This document shows positions 1 through 10,006 of a stretch of 64,000 nt of DNA, one piece after another (the first letter of the stretch is position 1; each line of letters starts with the position of its first letter). The DNA is taken from positions 29,417-93,416 of the forward strand of contig JBDLKA010000003.1 in NCBI GenBank assembly GCA_039714075.1, read 5' to 3'. The position numbers and the translations under genes were made by a program. Source of the stretch: Candidatus Krumholzibacteriota bacterium. Lineage in GTDB: Bacteria; Krumholzibacteriota; Krumholzibacteriia; LZORAL124-64-63. Below the pieces are notes generated by a model that saw only the letters and a program-made list of their open reading frames with translations, was not told the DNA's origin and searched no databases.

Positions 1-222
1 CAAGGGAAGTTCCTTTTCATGGGCGACGCTGAGTTCGGCCAGGACCGGCACATCGACGGGAATCTTTTCCTTGAGATAGAGATCGGCAATGATCCGCACG
101 AAAGCCGGGCCCGCGGAGGAAAACCGCAACAACCCCTTGGGCCCGCCCATGCGAACCCCCAGACCTCGTGCCATGATGACCGCGCGGTCGGACCGGGGCG
201 TACTCCTGCCGGCGGCTGTCAC
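1..222 (-). CDS. Partial (runs off left edge) MocA/MobA-like nucleotidyltransferase, probable molybdenum cofactor cytidylyltransferase
   Basis: Not in the ORF track. GTG at 220-222 overlaps the yqeC stop, with AAGGAGG upstream. Translation MTAAGRSTPRSDRAVIMARGLGVRMGGPKGLL fits the AxGxxxRMGxxKxLL NTP-transferase motif. Confidence 0.75.
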   Translation of the reverse strand, partial: MTAAGRSTPRSDRAVIMARGLGVRMGGPKGLLRFSSAGPAFVRIIADLYLKEKIPVDVPVLAELSVAHEKELPL

Positions 223-998
223 GACTGGCCGTCCTCCTTGGCATAGGCGGTCCGGATGACCGGTTGGTCCTGCGCGAGATCACAGAACATGACCAGGGGC
301 AGCCGCTCATGCCCCATGGCCTTGCCGACAAATTCGAACAGGCCGATGCTGTCGGGCTGCTCGTCCATGCCTGTCAAGGCCAGCACGCACGGGATGTCGG
401 CCGGGACCCGGGACAGGTATCCCTCAGGTTCGAGCAGCAGGGCCAGGCTGTGATCCCATTCCCAGACCGTCCACGGCTGGAGATCATCCAGGGCCGGCCC
501 TTCCAGACGGCCGAACCGGTGTAGGACGTCTGCGGTCTTCGCACCGACGGCGGCCGTCCCCATCACGACTATTCCCAGGGAAGTCCGGCCGGGCCAGACC
601 GGTTCTCCATCGCGGTGAAGCTTCAAGGGAAGTTTGGCCGCCCCGTCCACCTCGGCCAGAACGAGTCGGTCCGGCAGGGATCCGCCCAACCCGTCCACCT
701 CAGCGGGCGACAGTCCGGCCCATTTCCCGTCAGGTAAAAGGCCGCCGTGAAGAAAAAATGCCTCCGGAAGATCGGCCCCGTCCAGGGAAGCCAACGTCGA
801 CAATTCCACGGCCTCCAGACCGGGCAAAGGCTCACTCCTGGTGGTTGTCGTCAGAACGACAGGCACGGAAATACCCACGTAGAAATCCGCCAGGACACGC
901 ATGAGGGAGGTTTTGCCTCCGGAGCCCATCAGGGCGACGACATGCCCCGCTTCACGGGGAAGAAACTGATGCCAGGGATCCACGAAACCGAAGTTCAA
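219..998 (-). CDS. yqeC: YqeC-family selenium-dependent molybdenum hydroxylase accessory protein
   Basis: VVALMGSGGKTSL, VVLTTTT and AEVDGAAKLPLK...EPVWP motifs; next to a MocA-like gene. Confidence 0.8.
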   Translation of the reverse strand: MNFGFVDPWHQFLPREAGHVVALMGSGGKTSLMRVLADFYVGISVPVVLTTTTRSEPLPGLEAVELSTLASLDGADLPEAFFLHGGLLPDGKWAGLSPAEVDGLGGSLPDRLVLAEVDGAAKLPLKLHRDGEPVWPGRTSLGIVVMGTAAVGAKTADVLHRFGRLEGPALDDLQPWTVWEWDHSLALLLEPEGYLSRVPADIPCVLALTGMDEQPDSIGLFEFVGKAMGHERLPLVMFCDLAQDQPVIRTAYAKEDGQS

Positions 999-2140
999 GA
1001 GGTGCCTTTCCCGTTGGCTGTCACCAGTGTTTCGTACCAGTCGAGCAACCTGTCGATCATCAGGTCGCGGGTGAATTTTTCCTGGAAGCGCAGTCGGCCG
1101 GCCGCTCCCATTTCACGGGCTCTTTCCCTGTTCTCCAGGAGACCGCCCAGGGCCCGACCCAGGGCCTGGGAATCATTCGGCGGCACCAGCAGGCAGGTGC
1201 GGCCTGGCTCACCTACCTCCCGGACGCCGGTGGGAAGATCCGAAGCCACCACGGGTACGCCCGCGGCCATGGCTTCCAGTTGCACCAACCCGAAGGTTTC
1301 GCTGGCGTCAACGCTGGGCAGGACCAGGGCGCGGGCCCGCGCCAGGTATTCCGCGACCTCGGCGGCATCCTTGGGCCCGACAAAGTGAACCCTGCGGTCC
1401 AGCCCGGACCTGGCCACCGTTGCCTCCAGCGGAACCTGCAAAGGTCCTTCGCCGACAATGACCAGTTCAGCGCCGGGAAGATGGGACAATGCTTCCAGCA
1501 AAACTTCGAGGCCCTTGTAGGGCACCAGCCGCCCCACGAAGAGGAAGGGACCGTCGAGAGCCGGTTCCACCGCCAGCCAAGGAGCCGACTCGATACCGAA
1601 GGGAATGACGCCGACTTTATCCTGCCAGGGCGCCAGCACCGGAGAGTTCGCGCCCAGTGTCGCCGAAGAAACCGATATCCCCGCCGCCTGTTTCAGGCAG
1701 GCATTGACGAGGGGCCGGACCAGGTAACGACCCACCCTTTGCCGGGTGATGTCGGCGTGGTACCACACCGCCAGCGGTGGCAGATCGCAGGAGCGATCGG
1801 CGCCCAGCGCCAACCAGGACGCCGCGGCCAAAGGGTTGGGCAGATGCAGGTGGACCAGGTGCGGATCCAACCGCGCGATTTCCCGCCGGATCAGCCCCGG
1901 CAGGGTGGGCGTCAGGGGCTGGGAATTGAAGTGTCCGTAAACCGAGGCCCTCACCAGACGTCCGCCCCGGCCCGTGGCTGAACCACCCACCTCTTCGATG
2001 ACCTCCACGGGTCCGTCCCCGGCGCTCAGGACGGTCACCCGGCAGTCCCGGTCCAACAGCCCTTCGGTCAGATTCCGCAGAACGGTTTCCATCCCGCCCA
2101 GGTAGGGCGGATAGTATTTCCCGATGTGGAGAATTCTCAT
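995..2140 (-). CDS. Glycosyltransferase family 4 (GT-B)
   Basis: MRILHIGKYYPP..GGME start, FVGRLVPYKG, ETFGLVQLEAMAAG. Confidence 0.9.
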   Translation of the reverse strand: MRILHIGKYYPPYLGGMETVLRNLTEGLLDRDCRVTVLSAGDGPVEVIEEVGGSATGRGGRLVRASVYGHFNSQPLTPTLPGLIRREIARLDPHLVHLHLPNPLAAASWLALGADRSCDLPPLAVWYHADITRQRVGRYLVRPLVNACLKQAAGISVSSATLGANSPVLAPWQDKVGVIPFGIESAPWLAVEPALDGPFLFVGRLVPYKGLEVLLEALSHLPGAELVIVGEGPLQVPLEATVARSGLDRRVHFVGPKDAAEVAEYLARARALVLPSVDASETFGLVQLEAMAAGVPVVASDLPTGVREVGEPGRTCLLVPPNDSQALGRALGGLLENRERAREMGAAGRLRFQEKFTRDLMIDRLLDWYETLVTANGKGTS

Positions 2141-2146
2141 GGGCGA

Positions 2147-2175
2147 AGTCTAGGGCATGGCACTGCGGCGGTCAA
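2147..2175 (-). promoter_or_regulatory. Sigma70-type promoter, probably giving a leaderless GT4 mRNA
   Basis: Minus strand TTGACC-N17-TAGACT-N6-ATG; no SD. Confidence 0.65.
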
Positions 2176-2305
2176 AGTTCCTTCCGCAGGCGGGTCTTGT
2201 TGAACATCACATTTCTATTTAACCTGATAGTGACAGGCGACCGTCTCCGTACCGGCCTGAATGGCTGCAAATCCGGTCGCCGGGAGGATGCGAAAGGGGA
2301 TCCTC

Positions 2306-3025
2306 ATGCGGCAGAACATCACTGAAATGCTGATCCAGCGCCAGATCAACCACTGGAACCGGTTCCGTGAATTCCTCAAGGACGAGCAGGACGAGGAACC
2401 ACCCAGGCCGGGCCCGGTCCTGACCGTATCGAGGATGGCCGGCAGCGGCGGGCGCACCCTGGCGGTCGGCCTGGCGGAACGTCTGAACCTCACCCTGCAG
2501 GACCAATCCCTGGTGGACCGCATCGCCCGCGACCGCAACCTGGAAAGATCGGTGGTCGCCCAGCTGGACGAAGGCGCCATCAACCAGGCGGAACTCTGGA
2601 TCAAGGGCGTTCTGAATCGGCGGATCTTCATGAAGGACGAATACCACACGTCCCTGGTCAAGATCGTGACCAACCTCGCGGCGGGCGGCGACGTGGTGTT
2701 CCTGGGCCGGGGCGCCCACCTGATCCTGGGCGACAAGGCGGCCTTGCGCATCCGGGTGGTCGCCTCCCGGGGAACGCGCCTGGCCAACATCATGAACCGG
2801 GCGGGGCTGAGCCGGCCGGAGGCCCGCGCCCTCCTGGATGAAACCGACCGCAAACGCGAGGATTTCATCCGCAAGGTTTTCAAGGTGGATCCGGACGATC
2901 CGAAAAATTTCGACCTCGTCCTCAATGCCGACCGCATCGGGCCCGAGTGCATGCTGGAAACGGTGAGCCTGGCCCTGATCGGCGCCCGCACCGGCGACCG
3001 GGCCGAAATGCCCAGCCGGGTCTAG
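2306..3025 (+). CDS. Cytidylate kinase-like family protein
   Basis: VLTVSRMAGSGG P-loop-like motif, VVFLGRGA, FDLVLN. Start moved to ATG 2306 behind AAAGGGGA. Confidence 0.8.
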   Translation: MRQNITEMLIQRQINHWNRFREFLKDEQDEEPPRPGPVLTVSRMAGSGGRTLAVGLAERLNLTLQDQSLVDRIARDRNLERSVVAQLDEGAINQAELWIKGVLNRRIFMKDEYHTSLVKIVTNLAAGGDVVFLGRGAHLILGDKAALRIRVVASRGTRLANIMNRAGLSRPEARALLDETDRKREDFIRKVFKVDPDDPKNFDLVLNADRIGPECMLETVSLALIGARTGDRAEMPSRV

Positions 3026-3045
3026 AGCGAAAGCGGCCGCCCATG

Positions 3046-3085
3046 AAAAACCCCTCCGGTCCCTGGGGACCGGAGGGGTCGTTTT
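3046..3085. terminator. Bidirectional intrinsic terminator between convergent genes
   Basis: ACCCCTCCGGTCCC-TG-GGGACCGGAGGGGT stem with an A5 run on the left and a T4 run on the right. Confidence 0.8.
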
Positions 3086-3129
3086 ACCGGCGCGGATGGG
3101 AGCCGGGTCGGAACAGCAGCCTTTGACGG

Positions 3130-4830
<1,701 letters not shown>

Positions 4831-4854
4831 TCATGAATTCTTCGTTTACGCCAT

Positions 4855-4902
4855 CGGGACTTGGTCCGGGATTTGGTCCGGGACTTGGCCCGGGACTTAG
4901 CC
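4855..4902. repeat. Four tandem 12-bp repeats in the groES-groEL spacer
   Basis: CGGGACTTGGTC CGGGATTTGGTC CGGGACTTGGCC CGGGACTTAGCC; the last copy contains the groES stop. Confidence 0.85.
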
Positions 4903-5187
4903 CAGGATGGCCAGCACGTCGCTCTCGCGCAGGATCAGGTAGTCCTCGCCGCTCACGTTCACTTCGGTGCCGGAATACTTTCCGTACAGAACGATGTCGC
5001 CCTTCTTCACCTCGGGGGCGACCCTCTCACCGCTGTCACTGGTGGAACCGGGGCCGACGGCCATGATTTTGCCCTGCTGGGGCTTTTCCTTGGCGGTATC
5101 GGGGATGATGATCCCGCCCTTCATGGTTTCCTGCTCCATGGGAGCCACGATGACACGGTCAGCCAGGGGCTTGATATTGAGAGCCAT
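4897..5187 (-). CDS. groES: Co-chaperonin GroES
   Basis: [30 protein letters not shown]. Start ATG 5187 with GGAGG SD. Confidence 0.99.
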   Translation of the reverse strand: MALNIKPLADRVIVAPMEQETMKGGIIIPDTAKEKPQQGKIMAVGPGSTSDSGERVAPEVKKGDIVLYGKYSGTEVNVSGEDYLILRESDVLAILG

Positions 5188-5245
5188 CCTTAATCCTCCA
5201 TTCAAGCTGGTTGAGCCAGCGTTCTATGTTGCGGCCGAAAGCGCA

Positions 5246-5272
5246 TTGGCAGTCTCGGCCTTTGAGTGCTAA
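5246..5272 (-). promoter_or_regulatory. CIRCE element (HrcA operator)
   Basis: Minus strand TTAGCACTC-N9-GACTGCCAA versus consensus TTAGCACTC-N9-GAGTGCTAA (2 mismatches), upstream of groES. Confidence 0.9.
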
Positions 5273-5281
5273 TGGATGCGG

Positions 5282-5309
5282 AATATAGACCATCCACAAG
5301 GACCCGCAA
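5282..5309 (-). promoter_or_regulatory. Putative sigma70-type groE promoter
   Basis: TTGCGG-N16-TATATT just upstream of CIRCE. Confidence 0.5.
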
Positions 5310-5376
5310 GGATTTTAGGAGTAAAACGTGGAGAAAATGAATTAGCCTGGCAGGCCTGCCATTTTGACAGAAAAGA

Positions 5377-6153
5377 TTATCCGGCTGACAGAATCGCCCC
5401 GCCGCGGAGAGTCCAGTGGGCATCGAAATAGCTGCCGGGAATATCAAGATAAGACCCCAGGCCGCCCGTCACGACCACCGGGATTTCCCCGTAACGCCCT
5501 TTCAAACCGGAGACAACCACCTGCACGCCGCCGCGGCCCGCGTGCCAGGCTCCTGCGCCCATGGCGGACTCCGTGTCCCGGCCGACATCCCAGGTTGCGG
5601 GACCGAAAGGCACGGGATCCAGCCGGGCGGCGACCTCCCCGATCTGCCGGGCGGCGAAGGCCATGCCCGGGGCGATCATTCCACCGACAAAAACGCCGTC
5701 CAACAGGATATCGAAAGTCGTGGCCGTACCGGCATCCACGACCAGGGCGTCGGCAAGGCCGGCGGACACGGCGGCGGCCATGTTGCACAGGCGATCCGGC
5801 CCCACCCGGGAGATATCGGCGACATCATGGGTAAACGGCAGAACGCTGTTATGATCCACCACCACCAGACCCGCCTGATCCGCCAGCAATTCCACGATCC
5901 GCGGGATGACGGAGATCAGGACCACCCGGGGAGCTCCTGCCTTGCGGTGCCGTTCCTGGAACGACTCCAGAAAGGCCGCCTCGCCCCCGGGAGCGGACGG
6001 GTGGCTGAGATCGCCCAGTTCCCGCAGCGGGACCGGTGGCGCCAGTTCGGTTCCATCGCCGGCGGACAAAACGGGCAGTTGCCCGTCACCATCCCAGGCC
6101 ACGCAGGCAATCCGGCTGTTTCCGGCATCAACTATCAGGGATTTCATCGCCAT
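5377..6153 (-). CDS. coaX: Type III pantothenate kinase
   Basis: IVDAGNS, GPDR, VVDAGTATTFD, GGMIAPG; follows birA. Start 6153 or 6147. Confidence 0.92.
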   Translation of the reverse strand: MAMKSLIVDAGNSRIACVAWDGDGQLPVLSAGDGTELAPPVPLRELGDLSHPSAPGGEAAFLESFQERHRKAGAPRVVLISVIPRIVELLADQAGLVVVDHNSVLPFTHDVADISRVGPDRLCNMAAAVSAGLADALVVDAGTATTFDILLDGVFVGGMIAPGMAFAARQIGEVAARLDPVPFGPATWDVGRDTESAMGAGAWHAGRGGVQVVVSGLKGRYGEIPVVVTGGLGSYLDIPGSYFDAHWTLRGGAILSAG

Positions 6154-7093
6154 TCCCGTCTTCCGCGGCCACATTCTCTCCCGCGGAATGCTCCCCTTTG
6201 TCCAGGACGGCCTCCAGGTGAACGTCTCCCGCACTGAAGATCGCGGTCCGCCCCTGGTCGTCCTCCAGCAGCAGGGCACCATGGTCATCGATGCCGGCGG
6301 CCCGGCCCCAGTGGTCCCGCCCCCCGGAAACGAGATGGATCTGTTGACCCAGCAGACAGTCCAGGTAGGAAAGGGCGGGACGGTATTTCGACCAGCCGCT
6401 TTCCTGGAACGAGTCCAGCTCGTGCTCCACCCTGGAGATGATCCGCCCCCCCACTTCGCCGGGCCGCAACAGGTGATCCGTTTCGATCAGGGTGCTGGTG
6501 GCCGCCCCCTGCAGGTCGGAAGGGAAACCGCTGCGCGGCGTGCTCAGGTTCAGACCCAGGCCCGCAACCACCATTTTCTCTTGGCCGGAGCGGGTGTTTT
6601 CCAAAAGGATTCCTCCCAGCTTTCGCCCCCCTACCATGATGTCGTTGGGCCATTTCAAGCGGGCGTCAACCAGGAAGTCCTCGCGCAGGACCAGAACCGA
6701 CAGCAGCCCCAACCAGACCGAAAAGCCCTGGACGAACGAGGCCCGGTGGGGCGGCACAACCACCGACAGGTGCAGACCGCCGCAATCCACCCAGGTGCGT
6801 CCCTGCCGTCCCTTGCCGGCGAATTGTCGCCGGGCCACCACGACGGTCCCGGGTTTGGGATCGGCGACAGGGTCCAGCAATGTCCGCTGCTGGGCCTGCC
6901 AACCCCATCGTTCCCACCGGCAAACCCGGCCCTGGGCAGGATCGCCGCGACCCCGCAGGAATTCGCTGGTGCTGCCCACTTCATCCAGGAGATACAGCAC
7001 ACCGCTGTCGCGGAGAAACCGCGGCCCCACCTGGAAGGCATCCAGCCCGAACCAGTCCCTGGCCACCGGCTTGTTACGGAACAGGCGTTTCAT
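6128..7093 (-). CDS. birA: Biotin-[acetyl-CoA carboxylase] ligase with no evident HTH
   Basis: QFAGKGRQGRTW, LKWPNDI, RKLGGIL, GIDDHGALLL. Confidence 0.92.
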   Translation of the reverse strand: MKRLFRNKPVARDWFGLDAFQVGPRFLRDSGVLYLLDEVGSTSEFLRGRGDPAQGRVCRWERWGWQAQQRTLLDPVADPKPGTVVVARRQFAGKGRQGRTWVDCGGLHLSVVVPPHRASFVQGFSVWLGLLSVLVLREDFLVDARLKWPNDIMVGGRKLGGILLENTRSGQEKMVVAGLGLNLSTPRSGFPSDLQGAATSTLIETDHLLRPGEVGGRIISRVEHELDSFQESGWSKYRPALSYLDCLLGQQIHLVSGGRDHWGRAAGIDDHGALLLEDDQGRTAIFSAGDVHLEAVLDKGEHSAGENVAAEDGNGDEIPDS

Positions 7094-7962
7094 CGGGACT
7101 CCAGATCAAGGCCCAGGTCCAGGGCGGTGACCGAATGGGTCAGTCGTCCCACGGAAGCGGCGTCCACACCGGCCTGCGCGTATCCGGCGATCGTAGCAAG
7201 GGAAATATTGCCCGAGGACTCCAACAGGGTATCCACTCCCGATGCGTCCCTTTGCTGCACCGCCGCGGCCGTATCAGCCAGGTTGAAGTTGTCCAGCAGG
7301 ACCCAATCCACCTGCAGGGGCAGGACCTGTTCCAACTGCTCCAGGGTGTCGACTTCGACCTCGACGGCCAGATGGGGGAATTCGCGCCGGGCACAGGCCA
7401 CGATCCCTTCCACGTGTCCTTGGCCCGCGGCCCAGTGGTTGTCCTTGACCATGACCCTGTCGTAAAGGCCCATCCGGTGGTTGCTGCCGCCCCCACAAAG
7501 CACCGCGTATTTGGACAGGGCCCGGTAACCGGGCAGGGTTTTACGGGTGTCGAGAACCCGGCAGGACGTGCCCGCGACCGCCGCCACGTACCGGGCCGTC
7601 AAAGAGGCGATGCCGCCGAGAAACTGGAGAAAATTCAGGGCCGTGCGTTCGCCGGTCAGCAGGGAGGAAACCGGTCCTTCAAGACGAGCCACGACCGCAC
7701 CCTGTTTCACCGGTGTCCCATCGGTCACGATGCGCTCCACCCCCACCGTGGGATCCAACTCCCCGTACAACAGATCCAACAGGGGCAGGCCGGCCACCAC
7801 ACCCTCCTGGCGGGACACCAGGCTGCCGGCGCCGGTCTCCGTCGGGCTGACCGAAACCTGCGTGGAAACGTCCCCGGTTCCCACATCCTCGGCCAGGGCC
7901 TGCCGGATGAACTCCCTGAGGTTGTCGTCGGCCGGAAAAACGCTTTCCAGATCGTGTCCCAT
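7090..7962 (-). CDS. nadC: Quinolinate phosphoribosyltransferase
   Basis: EDVGTGD, ERTALN, DTRKTLPG, HRMGLYD, KDNH, LLDN. Start ATG 7962 with GAGGGG. Confidence 0.96.
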   Translation of the reverse strand: MGHDLESVFPADDNLREFIRQALAEDVGTGDVSTQVSVSPTETGAGSLVSRQEGVVAGLPLLDLLYGELDPTVGVERIVTDGTPVKQGAVVARLEGPVSSLLTGERTALNFLQFLGGIASLTARYVAAVAGTSCRVLDTRKTLPGYRALSKYAVLCGGGSNHRMGLYDRVMVKDNHWAAGQGHVEGIVACARREFPHLAVEVEVDTLEQLEQVLPLQVDWVLLDNFNLADTAAAVQQRDASGVDTLLESSGNISLATIAGYAQAGVDAASVGRLTHSVTALDLGLDLESR

Positions 7963-7988
7963 GTCAGTCCCTCGCCGTTTGTCCGCCA

Positions 7989-9998
7989 TCACTGATCCGC
8001 ACCGATGCCCCACTGGGCCTTCAAGTCTTCTATCCTGTCCCGCAACGCGGCAGCCTTCTCGAATTCCAGGTCCTTGGCCGCCGTCGCCATGGCCTCTTCC
8101 AGCATGGTCACCATCTGCCGGGGAGACAAGTCCTGATCGACCACGGCCTCCCAGGGCCGCGGATCCTCGGGAGCGGTTTCCAGGCCCCGGTCGCCGGCCG
8201 CGACGGTCGACTGGAGGATTTCCTCCCGGCTTTTCGTGATGGTCCGGGGCACCAGACCGTGCTCCTGGTTCCAGGCCAACTGCCGCCGGCGCCTCCGTTC
8301 GGTTTCATCCATCGCCAGTTTCATGGAGCGGGTGATCCGGTCCGCATACATGACAACTTCGCCGTTGACGTTCCTGGCCGCACGTCCGGAAGTCTGGATG
8401 AGGCTGCGCTCGGACCTGAGGAAACCTTCGCGATCCGCATCCAGAATGGCCACCAGCGACACCTCGGGCAGATCGAGTCCCTCGCGCAGGAGATTCACGC
8501 CGACCAGGACATCACTTTCCCCCAGGCGGAGCTTCCGCAGGATTTCGATCCGGTCCAGGGCCGAAATATCCGAATGGAGATAAGTCACCTTCACCCCGGC
8601 CTGCGCCAGATAGTCGGTGAGATCCTCCGACATCTTCTTCGTCAGGGTGGTGACCAGGACTCGTTCACCCCTGGCGGCCACGACCCGGATCCTCTCCAGA
8701 AGATCGTCGACCTGATGGCGCACCGGCAGCACCGTCACCGGCGGATCCACCAGACCCGTGGGCCTGATCACCTGCTCCACCACCACGCCCCCGCATTTTT
8801 CCAGTTCGTAGTCCGCCGGGGTGGCGGAAACGAAAACGGTCTGGGGCATGACCTCTTCGAACTCTTCGAATTTCAGGGGCCGGTTGTCCAGCGCGCTCGG
8901 CAGGCGGAAGCCGTGTTCCACCAAGCTCGCCTTGCGGGACCTGTCCCCGTGGTACATGGCCCCGATCTGGGGGATCGATGCATGGGATTCGTCGATGATC
9001 ATAAAAAAATCTTCCGGGAAGTAGTCCAACAGGCAGGCGGGACGCTCGCCTTCCCGGCGATTGTCGAAGTACCGCGAATAGTTTTCCACGCCCGCGCAAT
9101 GCCCGATCTGCTGGATCATTTCCATGTCGTAGCGGGTGCGGGAGGCCAGCCTTTGCGCCTCCAGCGGCTTGCCCAACTCGTCCAATTCCCCCAGCCGGGT
9201 TTCCAGGTCCCTGCCGATGGCGTCCACCACCTTGCCGATGCCCCCCTTGTCGGTGACGAACTGCGTGGCCGGAGAAACGACGGCGTTGTCGGCTGCCCCG
9301 AGGGCCCGTCCGGTCAACGGTTCGATCCAGGTCAGGGCCTCGATCTCGTCACCGAAAAATTCAACCCGCAGGACCCTTTCCTCGAAAGCGGAACGGATCT
9401 CCACCGTGTCCCCGCGAACCCTGAAGGTCCCGAATCCGTATTCGTGGTCGCTGCGCCCGTAACCCATCTCCACCATGCGGCCCAGGAGTTCATCCCGGTC
9501 GATCTCCAGGCCGACCCGCAGGGCGACCATGCTGTCCTTGAAGGTTTTCGGATTGCCCACGCCGTAGATCGCCGAAACGCTGGCCACCACGATGACGTCC
9601 CGCCGGGCCAGCAGGCTGCTGGTCGCGCGCAGCCGCAGGCGCTCGATCTCGTCGTTGATGCTGGTGTCCTTCTCGATGTAGGTATTGGTGGAAGGAATGA
9701 ACGCTTCGGGCTGGTAGTAGTCGTAGTAGGAGATGAAAAACTCGACGGCGTTGTCGGGAAAGAAACTCTTGAGCTCCCCGTACAGCTGGGCCGCCAGGGT
9801 CTTGTTGTGGCTGAAGACGAGAGTCGGTTTTTCCAGCTGGGCAATGGTATTGGCCATGGTGAAGGTCTTGCCCGAGCCTGTCACCCCCAGCAGGGTCTGG
9901 AACCGGGAACCCTTGCGGGCCTCGCGCACCAATTCGGCAATGGCCGCCGGCTGGTCACCGGTCGGCTGAAAAGGGGACACGAGGCGGAACAATCCCAT
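7989..9998 (-). CDS. uvrB: Excinuclease ABC subunit B
   Basis: PTGDQP, GVTGSGKT, YYDYYQPE, DESH, C-terminal UVR motif. Start ATG 9998. Confidence 0.98.
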   Translation of the reverse strand: MGLFRLVSPFQPTGDQPAAIAELVREARKGSRFQTLLGVTGSGKTFTMANTIAQLEKPTLVFSHNKTLAAQLYGELKSFFPDNAVEFFISYYDYYQPEAFIPSTNTYIEKDTSINDEIERLRLRATSSLLARRDVIVVASVSAIYGVGNPKTFKDSMVALRVGLEIDRDELLGRMVEMGYGRSDHEYGFGTFRVRGDTVEIRSAFEERVLRVEFFGDEIEALTWIEPLTGRALGAADNAVVSPATQFVTDKGGIGKVVDAIGRDLETRLGELDELGKPLEAQRLASRTRYDMEMIQQIGHCAGVENYSRYFDNRREGERPACLLDYFPEDFFMIIDESHASIPQIGAMYHGDRSRKASLVEHGFRLPSALDNRPLKFEEFEEVMPQTVFVSATPADYELEKCGGVVVEQVIRPTGLVDPPVTVLPVRHQVDDLLERIRVVAARGERVLVTTLTKKMSEDLTDYLAQAGVKVTYLHSDISALDRIEILRKLRLGESDVLVGVNLLREGLDLPEVSLVAILDADREGFLRSERSLIQTSGRAARNVNGEVVMYADRITRSMKLAMDETERRRRRQLAWNQEHGLVPRTITKSREEILQSTVAAGDRGLETAPEDPRPWEAVVDQDLSPRQMVTMLEEAMATAAKDLEFEKAAALRDRIEDLKAQWGIGADQ

Positions 9999-10006
9999 GG
10001 CGGCCC

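Noticed and set aside
219..221. Selenocysteine readthrough of the yqeC TGA
   Set aside because: The TGA overlaps the next gene's GTG start and the protein already looks full length.
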